DNA of 64,000 nt from an uncultured Gemmatimonadales bacterium. GTDB taxonomy: Bacteria; Gemmatimonadota; Gemmatimonadetes; Gemmatimonadales; GWC2-71-9. Each line of letters begins with the position of its first letter. Position 1 is the first letter of the stretch. Location: assembly GCA_963815325.1 (NCBI GenBank), contig CAWFGG010000002.1, positions 773,472 through 837,471 on the forward strand, read 5' to 3'. The translations under genes and the position numbers were made by a program. The notes beneath the pieces are model-generated. The model ran no database searches and had not been told where the DNA came from. It saw only the letters and a program-made list of their open reading frames with translations. This document shows positions 1 through 10,269 of the stretch, one piece after another.

Positions 1-263
1 AGCCGGGGATCATAGACGTGATGGATGGTGTCGGGAACTCGCTCGAGGCCCTCGAAACGAACGAGCGCCGGTGCCACCTCGAACTCCACCCCGTCATGGC
101 TGTCCGCGAGGAGCAGGAAGGTTTCCCGTCCACGGCTTTGGACCCGAAGCATGAGCCGATAGAGCCCGCGGTAGCGAACGGCCCCCGGATTGAACACCGA
201 CGTGACATCGTGGAGGGCCGGCTCAACCTCGGGGATGTCCCGCCGTGTGAGGATTGGGTTCAT
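1..263 (-). CDS. glycoside hydrolase family 130 (beta-mannoside phosphorylase-like), N-terminal fragment running off the window edge
   Basis: Own translation of the minus strand from ATG (263-261): MNPILTRRDIPEVEPALHDVTSVFNPGAVRYRGLYRLMLRVQSRGRETFLLLADSHDGVEFEV...HHVYDPR, open to position 1. This resembles the conserved GH130 N-terminus. It is absent from the ORF track because there is no stop in the window. Confidence 0.6.
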   Translation of the reverse strand, partial: MNPILTRRDIPEVEPALHDVTSVFNPGAVRYRGLYRLMLRVQSRGRETFLLLADSHDGVEFEVAPALVRFEGLERVPDTIHHVYDPR

Positions 264-286
264 CGAACTTCGGGTCAATGCCACGG

Positions 287-2209
287 CTATTCTCCCGCCT
301 CGACGTAGCCGTCGTCCTTCACGTCGCGTTGCGCGATGCGCAGCTGCGTCAACATGGCCCGCAAGTCCGCGATTCCCCCAATGGCAAACCACACCAGGAC
401 GATAATCGAGAGGACCACCTGGACGTAGAGATAGAGTCGCCAGAACTCCGCCCATCGCATGTTGTCCACGGTATGGGTCAGGCTGTACACCGTGCCTGCA
501 ACGAATACCGCCACCCAGAAGAAGGTGTGAACGTAGGTCACGATGTACAGGATCTTGTCCCGCCGCGTAAACTCCTTCCCCATGCCCAGAACCTTCCAGC
601 CCCGGCTTGGCGCCTCGGTAACAATCCGGGTTTCCGACGTGGCGTAGGCGCCACGATGCAGTAGCCGGTCCAGATCGAACGCCTCACCTCTTCCAAGGAG
701 CGAGACGGCGATGTACACCAGGACCGAGGCCCCGATGGCGATGGCCGCGAAGACCTGTCCATTGATGAAGAAGTCGTCGATGATGCGATGGATGATGATG
801 CCGCCCACCGATATCCCGGACCCGACGATCATGGCCGTCCACGCGGCGGCCGTCGTCCCGCGTTTCCAGTAGAGCCCGCCAATGATGACGGAGCCCGCCC
901 CGCCGAAGAAGATCGCGCCGGTGATCGCAAAGAAGAGGAAGATGTACTCGCTCTGCTGAAACAGGAGACTGAAGCAGAAGATGAAGCACGCGACGCCCAG
1001 GATGCTCCAGCGGAGCGCGCGGAAATGCTGTTCCGGGGTAAACGGGGTCGTTCGGAACGGCATGATGACGTCCTGGATGAAGATGCTCCCCCACGAATGC
1101 AGGTAGGTATCGTGCGTACTGATGAACGCCGCCAGCATGACCGCGGCGAAGGCCCCGAGCAAGCCGACGGGGAGCATGACCTTCAGCACCAGGGGCACGC
1201 GCATCTGGTTCTGGAGCGCTTCCGTCCCCACCGAACTCAACATCGCATTGACCTGCCCCGCCTGCACGGCAAAATCCGGATGATGCATGACGGTATAGGC
1301 AATGATCGGGACGAAGAGGATCAGCAGGTTCTGCGGGTAGTTCCGCCAATTGGTCAGCACGCTGCCCATCTTGGCCTCGTGCGCGCTTTTGGCGGACGCG
1401 TTATAGGCCTGGGTTCCCTGCCACGACATGGTCCCGTACACGTAGATCAGCACGCCGATCAGGAAATACCAGAAGTTGAAGTCTTCCACGTAGCCCGTTT
1501 CGAACGGATTGATCAGCGACTTATTCTCCGGCGCCATCGCCAGGGCTTCGACGACCCGCCCCCAATTGACAACGAACATGAGGTAGAGGGGCACGGCAAT
1601 GAACACCACGTTCATGAACAGGCCCTGGATGAAGTCGGCGATGATCACCGCGACCTGGCCGCCCCAGAAAACGAAGAAGAGCGCAATGCTCAACAGGACG
1701 AGCATCGTGAGCGGAAAGGTCGAGATGGCGACGCCGAGGATGGTGACGGCCGGCGGCAACCCGGTAAAGGCAATGAAGAATCGGGCCCCGACCGCGGGAA
1801 AGATGCCGAAGTTGACCACACCGGACGTGAACGCGATGAGCCCGGCGAAAATCCGAAATCGGCGGCTGTAGCGTCGTTCGAAGAATTCGGCCAAGGTGAG
1901 CGCGCGCGTCTGGCGGTAGCGATAGATGACCCATCCCGACACGGTCACGATCAAGACCACGACGCTCATGGTGAAGCCCCACCACGTCATGGCAAAGCCG
2001 GCCACGTAGTTCATCTCCAGCAAGCCGACCACGGTGATTGCGCCCAGGGCGGCGGCGCCCTGTGAGAGGCTCAGGAGATAGCGGCCGGCCGTGCGGCCGG
2101 CGGCCAGGAAGTCGGCCACACTCCGCATGTAGCTGCGGCTCAGGACGACGCCCACGATCATGAACCCGAGGACCGATAGCACGATGGTCCAATCGAGGGC
2201 AGTAAACAT
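287..2209 (-). CDS. sodium:solute symporter (SSF) family transporter
   Basis: Taken from ORF 287..2503. The hydrophobic multi-TM sequence starts at MFTALDWTIVLSVLGF. The start is trimmed to ATG 2209, downstream of the upstream gene's stop at 2235. The N-terminal 98 aa of the long ORF is Arg/Ser-rich out-of-frame-like sequence. Confidence 0.85.
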   Translation of the reverse strand: MFTALDWTIVLSVLGFMIVGVVLSRSYMRSVADFLAAGRTAGRYLLSLSQGAAALGAITVVGLLEMNYVAGFAMTWWGFTMSVVVLIVTVSGWVIYRYRQTRALTLAEFFERRYSRRFRIFAGLIAFTSGVVNFGIFPAVGARFFIAFTGLPPAVTILGVAISTFPLTMLVLLSIALFFVFWGGQVAVIIADFIQGLFMNVVFIAVPLYLMFVVNWGRVVEALAMAPENKSLINPFETGYVEDFNFWYFLIGVLIYVYGTMSWQGTQAYNASAKSAHEAKMGSVLTNWRNYPQNLLILFVPIIAYTVMHHPDFAVQAGQVNAMLSSVGTEALQNQMRVPLVLKVMLPVGLLGAFAAVMLAAFISTHDTYLHSWGSIFIQDVIMPFRTTPFTPEQHFRALRWSILGVACFIFCFSLLFQQSEYIFLFFAITGAIFFGGAGSVIIGGLYWKRGTTAAAWTAMIVGSGISVGGIIIHRIIDDFFINGQVFAAIAIGASVLVYIAVSLLGRGEAFDLDRLLHRGAYATSETRIVTEAPSRGWKVLGMGKEFTRRDKILYIVTYVHTFFWVAVFVAGTVYSLTHTVDNMRWAEFWRLYLYVQVVLSIIVLVWFAIGGIADLRAMLTQLRIAQRDVKDDGYVEAGE

Positions 2210-2234
2210 CAGGTGCCCGGCCCGCGCAGTGGAA

Positions 2235-3347
2235 TCACCAGACGCGTCCGTCTTGTGCGATGTGGAGCGCCCCGCCGAGTCGATCGCGCAGGCTCGCCTC
2301 GAAGAGATGGGCGGTTGCCTCGAGCACGACCGTGCCCTCGAACCCCTCGAGCACCGGGGTCTCGAGTCCCAACGCACGGACATCATCGGTAAAGCGTCCA
2401 TGACGAGCGTGCCAGCGACGTTCGGCGTAGTACACCTGCCGGAGGAACCAGCGGGCACGATCTTCGGGGCGCTCGACAAACGCATCACCGCCATCCCCGA
2501 CATCGGCCGCGGAGAACTGCACCAGCCCCCACATCTCGGGATAGTGCATGTTGATCAGGCCCTGCGGCGACCACACCCAATTGTCCTCCGGGCGCGTGCG
2601 GCCCGGCACCGTATCCGTGCGCACCACGTAGCCATCGCTCACGGTGTCGGCGCGCCATTCCACCCGCGAAAAATTCACCCGCCATTGATCGCCCGGCTCG
2701 GGGGGCGATGGTCGATGGGCCGCCTCCGCCAGGGCCGCCCAGGGCAGTGCGATCTCAACCGTCCAGCCGCGATCGATATCGGCAGGCTGGTTGAGTGTCC
2801 CATCCACGTGGACTGCGGCCTGGAGGTTTCGGATATACCAGCCATTGATGGCGGGGCCCCCATCGCGGTAGGGCTTGACCAGAAACAAATCCCACAGGGT
2901 GCCGAGCGCATTGATCTCGAGTTCGTAATAGTGATGGGTATCACCGTCGGGGTCGATGAACACCTCGAAGTCGTTGTCCCGATAGATCACCGCATCCCGC
3001 TCAACCAAGGTGGCCCATACCTGCGGCTCCTCCAGGAACGCCCCGATGTAGAGGGTGGCGTCGTCCCAGAGCAGTTTGGCTCGCGTGCGGAAGCGCGGCA
3101 CCGGCCCAAGCGGTCCTTCGATGTCCACGAAGTCGGCGGTCCACGCGGCGGCTTCCCAGGCCGGCTCATCCAGCCGGCCGTCGACCTGGAGCGGAGCCGG
3201 CGTCCGGTATGCGATGTAGCGCTCCGGGTTCCAGTCGATCGCGGGAACCGGGAGGTCATCTCCCGGAGGATTCCCGGCCTGAGTCTCCGCCCGATCGCTG
3301 CACGCGACCACACAGGCCGCCGCGGCGAGGAGCCAGGCCATGCGCAT
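2235..3347 (-). CDS. carbohydrate-binding family 9-like (DOMON-like) lipoprotein
   Basis: ORF 2235..3458 trimmed to MRMAWLLAAAACVVACSD (lipobox). Motifs DGRLDEPAW, LYIGAFLEE, DNDFEVFIDPDGD..YYELEINALG and WTVEIALPW are typical of CBM9-like domains. Confidence 0.7.
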   Translation of the reverse strand: MRMAWLLAAAACVVACSDRAETQAGNPPGDDLPVPAIDWNPERYIAYRTPAPLQVDGRLDEPAWEAAAWTADFVDIEGPLGPVPRFRTRAKLLWDDATLYIGAFLEEPQVWATLVERDAVIYRDNDFEVFIDPDGDTHHYYELEINALGTLWDLFLVKPYRDGGPAINGWYIRNLQAAVHVDGTLNQPADIDRGWTVEIALPWAALAEAAHRPSPPEPGDQWRVNFSRVEWRADTVSDGYVVRTDTVPGRTRPEDNWVWSPQGLINMHYPEMWGLVQFSAADVGDGGDAFVERPEDRARWFLRQVYYAERRWHARHGRFTDDVRALGLETPVLEGFEGTVVLEATAHLFEASLRDRLGGALHIAQDGRVW

Positions 3348-3358
3348 GACCCGAGCCG

Positions 3359-5752
3359 TCACGGCTTCCCAGCTCCGACACGAACCACGACCGGCGCCGT
3401 ATTCATCATCCGACAGGCTTCGAGCGCCCGCGGGGCGTCGGCCAGTTCGGGCCCCCACGAGACGGCGTACCGGAATTCATAGAATCCTCCGAGGCTCGCC
3501 GCGAAGTTGGTCTCCCAGTAATTGGTCATGACCCAAGCGTACATCTCCGCTTGGATGTCCTCCAGCTCGGGCGCGCCAGCCAAGTGCCTCGGCCCGGGCT
3601 CGAGCGCGCCCAGCTGAATCAGATTGGTGTCGGGCGTTGCGATGGCGATACCGCCCTCCGCCGACGTGACCGCGACCCCCGCCTGGATGCTGTAGAAGTC
3701 GGTCAGGGTGCCGGGCACCTGGTCCACCCAAGGCCGGAGCGTTGCCCCCGCCTTGTCGATCCAAAGCTCGGCTGGGGGGGGACCCTCAACGCCGAATGGC
3801 AGGGCCACATAGAGATTTTCGGGCTCCCATACACTCTGCTTGTGCAGGCGAATTGTCACATCCACCCGCGGCGTATCCATCGATGCCCGAAGCAACACAT
3901 CGTACAGGGTCAGACCGTCGACCGCATAGCGCAACTCCGCCGTGGCAAACACGTCCCCGCGGGCCAGCAGCCGACCCTGGACCAGGCGCCCGACGCTGCG
4001 CCGGACGTTGGGGCCCTTCCGGTTCAGCTGCATGGCGCCGCGAACCGCACACATCTCACTCCGGTCGGCCACCGGGGTCACCTCGTACACGGGGGCAAAC
4101 GGCGTGTGATGTCGGCCGGCACGGAGCAGGCTTCGGTCGGCGCGGCGATCGTGCCATGCGGTGATGCCGTCCGGCCCCCACGCGATCCGGACGAAGGGCG
4201 TCTCGAGCATCAGTGCGTCGTGCGATCCGGAATCGTCGGACATGACCGGGTCGGTTGCCGTGGCGGGGCGAAGCTCGAGCACGCACTCAGACCTGGGGGC
4301 GAGCACGAGGTGCACGCAGAAGTCACAGCCACCCGGGACGAAGTCCCGCTCCACCGCGATCTCCCGGTTCGCGGCGCTATCCCACACGATCGTCGGCCGG
4401 TCGAGTCCCAATTCCCGATACTCGAAGTGGCCCACATGGAGCCGCGCAACGCCGGTCAGGGTCGTTGTCGAGGCATTCAGGACACGGTAGCAGAGCGGCC
4501 GGCCGACGGCGAGGTCGGCTCCACCCAGGGTCGTCAGAGCGCGATCGGTCAGCCGCTCAACCTCCTCGAGGGCCTCGCTGGCATAGGCGCTCTTTCGCCC
4601 CGCGATCGCATGCACCGAGGGATGCCATGGCTCGGACATCGCGACGGCATGGCTGAACGTGTGCTCGGCGTAGCGGGCCAGGTCGTACTCGACGTGGTCG
4701 GTGGCTTCCCGGGTCAGTCGCGGAAAGCAGTCGAGCAGCTGGTGATAGGCGCGGAGATTTCGTTGTGCTTGGCGAAAGAGCTTGGTCGCCGCCGGGGTGC
4801 CGGCACAGCCGTCGGACCACCAATCGGGCCAATCGCCACGATACGTTGGGATGTCGACATCCTCGCTCCGCAGGCGCCGGAAGAATTCACTCAGGGTGGT
4901 CATCTCGACCCGGCAGACATCGCTGTGGTGTCGATTCCACCGCGCGCAGAACTCGGCGATTCCAGGATTCGGCGGTGCGTTGTCGGTTCGCAAACCGGAG
5001 ACCATGACCGGCGCGAACGGATAAGGGTATCCCGCTCGCTCCAGCCGGTCGAGATACCTGGGGATGCGCAGCTCCGCGACGCTCCAGTGATCGCCGAAAA
5101 TCATCTCGGCGTCGCATTCGTCCTTGGTGAGGTAGCTCGACACCGCCCCTGGGACGACACCGAGTTCATTGCCGAAGTGGTAGTGTTCCCCGTTCCACAC
5201 CAGGATGCGCTGCCCGGACGGTGTTTCCCACCAAAATGGGACCTGGGTACGGCCGAGCGGGAACATGCCGTGGTGGGTGTGAATGCAGGTGAAGAGGTGC
5301 TCGATCCCCGCGTCGTAGAGCGCCTGCGAGAATCCCCAGCTGTAGCCGTTGATGTCCGCCGTCATGGCGGAGTCGATCGGATAGCCGATGGACCTCCCGA
5401 AACTAGCCGCGCGCTTGGTCAGTGCGGCCAGGAGGTCATAGTCGGGCAGCTCGTTCAGGTTGAGGTAGCTGCCCGACAACCCGAGGTGCCCCGAGCCGAC
5501 GGCGCCCACGAACGCGGCCCGGTGGCCGGCGGATGCAGCCTCCCAGAACCGTTCCACCGCCCAGAAGGTCTCACACTGCCACTTCCAGCCGCCGGGTGCC
5601 CGACCGCCGGAGCGAGCGATGATGTCCAGCGCTTGGTGAATGAACCCCACATGCCACCGCTCCACCCGGCTCTGTGTTTCAGTGTAGCCGAGATCGGTGT
5701 GGCTGTGATGGATGAGAAAGAGAGTTCTGGGACTGGGGTGGGCGGCCGTCAC
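3359..5752 (-). CDS. glycoside hydrolase family 38 (alpha-mannosidase-like)
   Basis: 797-aa ORF. The N-terminus LFLIHHSHTDLGYTETQ matches the GH38 metal-binding HxHxDxGW/Y-type motif. The size and downstream domains are consistent with GH38. Confidence 0.8.
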   Translation of the reverse strand: MTAAHPSPRTLFLIHHSHTDLGYTETQSRVERWHVGFIHQALDIIARSGGRAPGGWKWQCETFWAVERFWEAASAGHRAAFVGAVGSGHLGLSGSYLNLNELPDYDLLAALTKRAASFGRSIGYPIDSAMTADINGYSWGFSQALYDAGIEHLFTCIHTHHGMFPLGRTQVPFWWETPSGQRILVWNGEHYHFGNELGVVPGAVSSYLTKDECDAEMIFGDHWSVAELRIPRYLDRLERAGYPYPFAPVMVSGLRTDNAPPNPGIAEFCARWNRHHSDVCRVEMTTLSEFFRRLRSEDVDIPTYRGDWPDWWSDGCAGTPAATKLFRQAQRNLRAYHQLLDCFPRLTREATDHVEYDLARYAEHTFSHAVAMSEPWHPSVHAIAGRKSAYASEALEEVERLTDRALTTLGGADLAVGRPLCYRVLNASTTTLTGVARLHVGHFEYRELGLDRPTIVWDSAANREIAVERDFVPGGCDFCVHLVLAPRSECVLELRPATATDPVMSDDSGSHDALMLETPFVRIAWGPDGITAWHDRRADRSLLRAGRHHTPFAPVYEVTPVADRSEMCAVRGAMQLNRKGPNVRRSVGRLVQGRLLARGDVFATAELRYAVDGLTLYDVLLRASMDTPRVDVTIRLHKQSVWEPENLYVALPFGVEGPPPAELWIDKAGATLRPWVDQVPGTLTDFYSIQAGVAVTSAEGGIAIATPDTNLIQLGALEPGPRHLAGAPELEDIQAEMYAWVMTNYWETNFAASLGGFYEFRYAVSWGPELADAPRALEACRMMNTAPVVVRVGAGKP

Positions 5753-5779
5753 CGGTAGCCCGGGGGCACGGCTCGCCGT

Positions 5780-7393
5780 TCAGACATGTTCGCGATAGTT
5801 CGGGTCGTACATCATGGACGCGATATGCGCCTGCAGGTCGCTCGGCGCCGGCCCGACCGCCTGGCCCTGCTCGAACGCCACTTGGGCCACGCTCAACGCC
5901 ACAGCAGCGGACACCTGCCGGATCGATTCGAGTGGCGGATAGATCGACCCCTGCTTCAAGAGGTCCTCGTCGACGCTTTCCGCGAGCGTCTTGGCGGCGG
6001 CATGGAACATGGCGTCCGTGACACGGGTCGCGCCCGAGGCAATGACGCCCAAGCCTACGCCCGGAAAGATGTAGGCATTGTTGCCTTGGCCCGGCACGAA
6101 GGTCTGGTCCTGGTAGGTCACCGGATCAAACGGGCTTCCGCTGGCAAAGACCACCCGGCCGTCGGTCCACCGGTAGGCCTCCTCCGCCGTGCACTCCGAC
6201 TTCGAGGTCGGGTTCGACAGCGCCAGGACAATGGGCCGGTCGTTCAGCCGGGCCATGGCACGCAGGATCGGCTCGGTGAACGTCTTCGGCTGCGCTGACA
6301 CCCCCACTAATGCCGTCGGCCCGAGCGCCTCGACCGCACCGAGGAGATCGGGAATGAAGGCGTGGTCATGCGCGAATGGCAGCTTGTGCTCCGCGAGATC
6401 GCGACGCGATGCCACGACCAACCCCTTGGAGTCCACGAACCAACAGCGCCGCATCGCCTCGGCTTCGTCCATGCCCTTGCCCATCATGGCGGAGGCGATG
6501 AGATGGGCGATGCCGGTGGCCGCGGACCCCGCGCCCAGGAACAAGACGGTCTGATCGGTGAGCTTCAAATCGACGATACGGCCGGCCGAGAAGAGCCCAG
6601 CGAGGGTGACCGCGGCCGTACCCTGGATATCGTCGTTGAACATGCAGGCCCGGTCGCGATAGACCTCGAGCAGGTGCACCGCGTTTTGCGTGGCGAAGTC
6701 TTCGAACTGGATGAGGACCTCGGGGAAGACCTCTTGGACCGCCTCGACAAATTCCTCGATGAACGCATCGTACTCCTCGCCCCGCTGCCGATGCTGCATG
6801 AGACCGATATAGAGCGGGTCTTTGAGCAGCTCTTCGTTGTTGGTCCCAACATCGAGCGTGATTGGAAGGCAGCGCGCGGGATCGATCCCGGCGCAGGCGG
6901 AATAGAGCGAGAGCTTCCCGATCGGGATTCCCATGCCCTGCGCTCCGAGGTCGCCGAGGCCCAGAATACGCTCCCCGTCGGTGACCACGATGATGTCGAC
7001 CTTGTCTTCGGGCCAATTCCGCAGCACGTCGCGGATTCTGCCTCGGTCGTTGATCGTGATGTAGAGGCCTCGGGGGCGCCGGAAGATGTGCCCGAACTTC
7101 CGACATGCCTCACCCACCGTGGGCGTGTAGATGATTGGCATCATCTCGCGGATGTTGTCGATCACGGCACGATAGAACAACGTCTCGTTCCGATCCTGGA
7201 GCGACGTGAGGAAGATGTACTTCTCCAGCTCGGACTCTTTGCGGCGCAGGTTCTCCAAGACGCGCCATTGCTGCTCCGCAAGCGTGAAGATGCGCGGCGG
7301 GAGGAGTCCGCGGATCTTCAGCGTATCGCGCTCGGCGTCGGTGAACGCCGTGCCCTTGTTGAGCCGCGGGTCGTGTAGGAGATCTTCACCCAT
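5780..7393 (-). CDS. NAD(P)-dependent malic enzyme
   Basis: ORF 5780..7564. Motifs: LHDPRLNKGTAFT, IYTPTVGEAC, VVTDGERILGLGDLG, FNDDIQGTA, GAGSAATGIA. The start is set at MGEDLL (ATG 7393); an earlier non-ATG start is not excluded. Confidence 0.85.
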   Translation of the reverse strand: MGEDLLHDPRLNKGTAFTDAERDTLKIRGLLPPRIFTLAEQQWRVLENLRRKESELEKYIFLTSLQDRNETLFYRAVIDNIREMMPIIYTPTVGEACRKFGHIFRRPRGLYITINDRGRIRDVLRNWPEDKVDIIVVTDGERILGLGDLGAQGMGIPIGKLSLYSACAGIDPARCLPITLDVGTNNEELLKDPLYIGLMQHRQRGEEYDAFIEEFVEAVQEVFPEVLIQFEDFATQNAVHLLEVYRDRACMFNDDIQGTAAVTLAGLFSAGRIVDLKLTDQTVLFLGAGSAATGIAHLIASAMMGKGMDEAEAMRRCWFVDSKGLVVASRRDLAEHKLPFAHDHAFIPDLLGAVEALGPTALVGVSAQPKTFTEPILRAMARLNDRPIVLALSNPTSKSECTAEEAYRWTDGRVVFASGSPFDPVTYQDQTFVPGQGNNAYIFPGVGLGVIASGATRVTDAMFHAAAKTLAESVDEDLLKQGSIYPPLESIRQVSAAVALSVAQVAFEQGQAVGPAPSDLQAHIASMMYDPNYREHV

Positions 7394-7621
7394 CGAGATT
7401 GTGCTCTTCGCGGGTCGCGATGCGACCGTCTTATTCGCCGCCACGGCGTTTGTCCTCAGGTAATGGATGAAACCGGTGCGCGCCCAACGGGCGCGCTCGA
7501 TCGAGCCGGTCCAAGTTCGCCTTCCCAGTTTGCCGCTCCGGGGGCCGCCCGGCAAGACCGGCAAAACCCCGCCCAGAGCCTGAGGCGCCGGGCGGGGTCA
7601 TGCCGGTTCGGCGCCCCTCGT

Positions 7622-9772
7622 TCAGCGGGTTGCCGGCTGAGCCACCCCCTGCAGCTCGTCGGCGATCCGATCGGCGTCATACACCTTCCGGAGCGCTTCG
7701 ACAATGCCCGCCGAATGGACACTAACCGACCGGGACACCTCGTCGGTGAAAATGAACCGGTTGGGCAGCATTTCGATGTTGCCGTCGAAGATGAGGCCTA
7801 CCACCTCCGCATTGCGATTGATCACCGGGCTGCCCGAGTTCCCACCGATGATGTCGTTGGTCGACACGAAATTGATGGGTGTGGTCAGGTCGAGCCGGTC
7901 CTTGCGGTCCAGCCACCGTTGGGGCAGGTCCCACGGGGGCTGGTAATCGAATTCGGCGGCCCGGCCGAACAACCCATAGAGGCTCGTCTTGTAGGGCGCG
8001 ACCGTTCCGTTCATCGGGTAGCGCTTGACAACGCCGTCACTGATTCGAAGCGTGAACGTCGCATCCGGCGGCAGCGCCTTTCCGTACGCCGCGAAGATCG
8101 CCTGCCCCACGAGCTCGGCGTTGGCCGAGATCGCATCATTGAGGGTCGTGGCCCGGTCCGCTTGCGCGCGGGCGAGCGGCTCGAGCTTCCGAGCCAGCAC
8201 GATCATGGGATCGTTGGACGCCGCAATGGCCTTGGTACCGCCGTCGAGCAGGGCCTTCCGGGCGCCCGCATCGGTCAGGGTGCTGGCATTGATCAGCGCC
8301 TCGGCCGCAACTTCGGGGCTCCGACCACCCAGAATCGCTTCCAGGAACGGGTCGTTGGCCGGGAGGTCTCGCTGGGCTTCACTGAGGAAGCCCGCGAAGG
8401 CGAGCTTGTCGGCCTCGGTATCGATGGGCTGATCGCGCAGGATGAAGCCCTTGACCCGGTCGAGCCCCTCGCCGCGGTACTGCGGCAGCCTGAGCTCATC
8501 GGCCATCGCCGCTTGCGCCGGCCAACGGACGATGCCACCGGCTAGGTTCAGCAGTTGCGACCCGCCGAAGCCGTAATACCGCGCCTCGGTGGCAAAGCTG
8601 GCCAGGTCCTTCTGGGCCTTCGCGATGTTGTCCCAGGCTGGGCCGTACTTCTGCTTGAGTGCCGGGTCGGCATCGATGCGCCCACGGAAGTCGGCTTCGA
8701 AGCGCTGCTTCTTCGCCATGATGCCGGGATCGAGGAGTCCGGTCAGGTAGCCCGTGATCGCCTTGTGGGCGTTCTCGAGACCAAAGATCTGATTCTCATA
8801 CTGACGGCGCGCTTCCTCGCTTGCCTTTGCCAGCTCCCGAGTGACGTCGAGCTGCCGCTCGATGGCGCGGAGCTGCGCTGGATACTGGACATCCCGCAAA
8901 TACTCCATCTGCGCCATGGTGAGGAGCCGCCCCGTCGAGCCCGGGTTGCCGGTGACGAAGACCAGCTCGCCCTCGGCCGCGCCGTTCTTGCTCCACGGGA
9001 AGTAATGCGCCGGCTTGTACGGCTGGCCACCTTCATACACGCGCAGCAGCGTCAGGTCGAGATCGTATCGTGGGTAGGTGAAGTTGTCGGGATCGCCACC
9101 GAAGAAGCTCGTCCGACCCTCTGGAGCAAACACCAACCGGATGTCGCTGAACCGCTTGTAGCGATACAGCGAGTACATACCGCCCTGGTAAAATCGAACC
9201 ACCTGACAGTTGAAGCCGGTGCCGGCCTGGCATTCGTTCTCGATCACCTCGATGACCGAGTCGCGCTGGGCGACTTGCTTGGCCGGTGTGGTGGCGGTAA
9301 CAGCCCCGCGTATCCTGGTCGTGACGTCCTCGATGGACTGCAGCTGGTCCACCCACAGGCCCGGGCAGGCACGTTCTTCCTCCTGCGTGCCCGCGCTGAA
9401 GCCGGTATCCTGGTAGTTGGTGTCCGCCGGCGAGACCGCGGTAATGCAGCCGCGGGAACAGTGGTGATTGGTCATCACGAGCCCGTTATCGGACACGAAT
9501 GAGGACGAGCAGTTTGGCAGCCGCACCGACGCAAGCCGAACCCTGTCCAGCCACGCCTGATCCGGAGCGAAGTCGTACGTCGCCTTCCAATAGTCGAGCG
9601 GAGGGGCGTCGAACGTCCACATCGTCCCAAATTCTTTGATGAATTTCGATTGTGCTGCCGGCTTGGCCTTTGCCTCTGCCTTTGGCGCCTGCGCGGCTGA
9701 GGTGGTAAAGGCTCCCAGGAGCCCTCCAACGGCAAGCAGCATGATAGAACCCAACGACTGAATGCGACTCAT
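7622..9772 (-). CDS. S46 family dipeptidyl-peptidase (DPP7/DPP11-like), secreted
   Basis: ORF 7622..9835 trimmed to MSRIQSLGSIMLLAVGG (signal peptide). Motifs: MWTFD, catalytic-His region VMTNHHC, and Ser motif GGNSGSPVIN. Confidence 0.85.
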   Translation of the reverse strand: MSRIQSLGSIMLLAVGGLLGAFTTSAAQAPKAEAKAKPAAQSKFIKEFGTMWTFDAPPLDYWKATYDFAPDQAWLDRVRLASVRLPNCSSSFVSDNGLVMTNHHCSRGCITAVSPADTNYQDTGFSAGTQEEERACPGLWVDQLQSIEDVTTRIRGAVTATTPAKQVAQRDSVIEVIENECQAGTGFNCQVVRFYQGGMYSLYRYKRFSDIRLVFAPEGRTSFFGGDPDNFTYPRYDLDLTLLRVYEGGQPYKPAHYFPWSKNGAAEGELVFVTGNPGSTGRLLTMAQMEYLRDVQYPAQLRAIERQLDVTRELAKASEEARRQYENQIFGLENAHKAITGYLTGLLDPGIMAKKQRFEADFRGRIDADPALKQKYGPAWDNIAKAQKDLASFATEARYYGFGGSQLLNLAGGIVRWPAQAAMADELRLPQYRGEGLDRVKGFILRDQPIDTEADKLAFAGFLSEAQRDLPANDPFLEAILGGRSPEVAAEALINASTLTDAGARKALLDGGTKAIAASNDPMIVLARKLEPLARAQADRATTLNDAISANAELVGQAIFAAYGKALPPDATFTLRISDGVVKRYPMNGTVAPYKTSLYGLFGRAAEFDYQPPWDLPQRWLDRKDRLDLTTPINFVSTNDIIGGNSGSPVINRNAEVVGLIFDGNIEMLPNRFIFTDEVSRSVSVHSAGIVEALRKVYDADRIADELQGVAQPATR

Positions 9773-10269
9773 GATGAATCTCCACACGAGGAAGCGGTGG
9801 ACGCGGCGGGGCCCGCTGGGCGGGTCACCCTCCAATCCAAGAAGAAATGCACCGGATACGATGAAAGAACCATGAAGCAGCGGTGAATCGACTCAGAGAA
9901 TTCGCCTCATAGGATAACCTGACGAACGAGAGGCGCGCACTGGTTGGCGCGAGGACGCATGTCACCATGCCGAAACCGGGCGCGAAAGCGGGCTCGGCGG
10001 CCGGCTCCGGCGACAGGATCATAACCTGACCCGGTCGGGGCCGTCATTGGCCGGAACCCAGGTCGGATCCGGGGCCTCCAGCCTGCCGGAAGGCAGTTCA
10101 CTGGCGCCCGATCGCGAGCACTCCGGCCAGTTAAGCTTACGTCTGCCTCCACTCGTCCGTTTCAGTACGATAGGTGGCGTTGGACGTGGCCGACGTGAGC
10201 ACTGAGGCATGAGGGCATTCGCTCTATGCGTTCTAAACGCTGGCCCCATGGCCGACATCCAATGGGTAG

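Noticed and set aside
10049-10128. Long imperfect hairpin capped by a CUGCC-GGAA-GGCAG tetraloop stem. The flanking CAGGUCGGAUCCGG superficially recalls 4.5S/SRP RNA helix 8. It lies in the 430-bp intergenic region upstream of the ECF sigma gene.
   Set aside because: The invariant SRP 3'-side motif (GGAAGCAGCC with the AGCA symmetric loop) is absent. The CAGGUC-like segment is separated from the tetraloop by ~17 extra nt. I cannot run a covariance model. It is kept only as an unexplained structured element.
10195-10269. Possible autoregulated ECF promoter (GCGTTCTAA-like -10) upstream of the sigma gene. The motif ATAACCTGAC also recurs at 9913-9922 and 10020-10029.
   Set aside because: There is no convincing GGAAC-type -35 at the right spacing. 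The repeated 10-mer has only two copies and no obvious symmetry.
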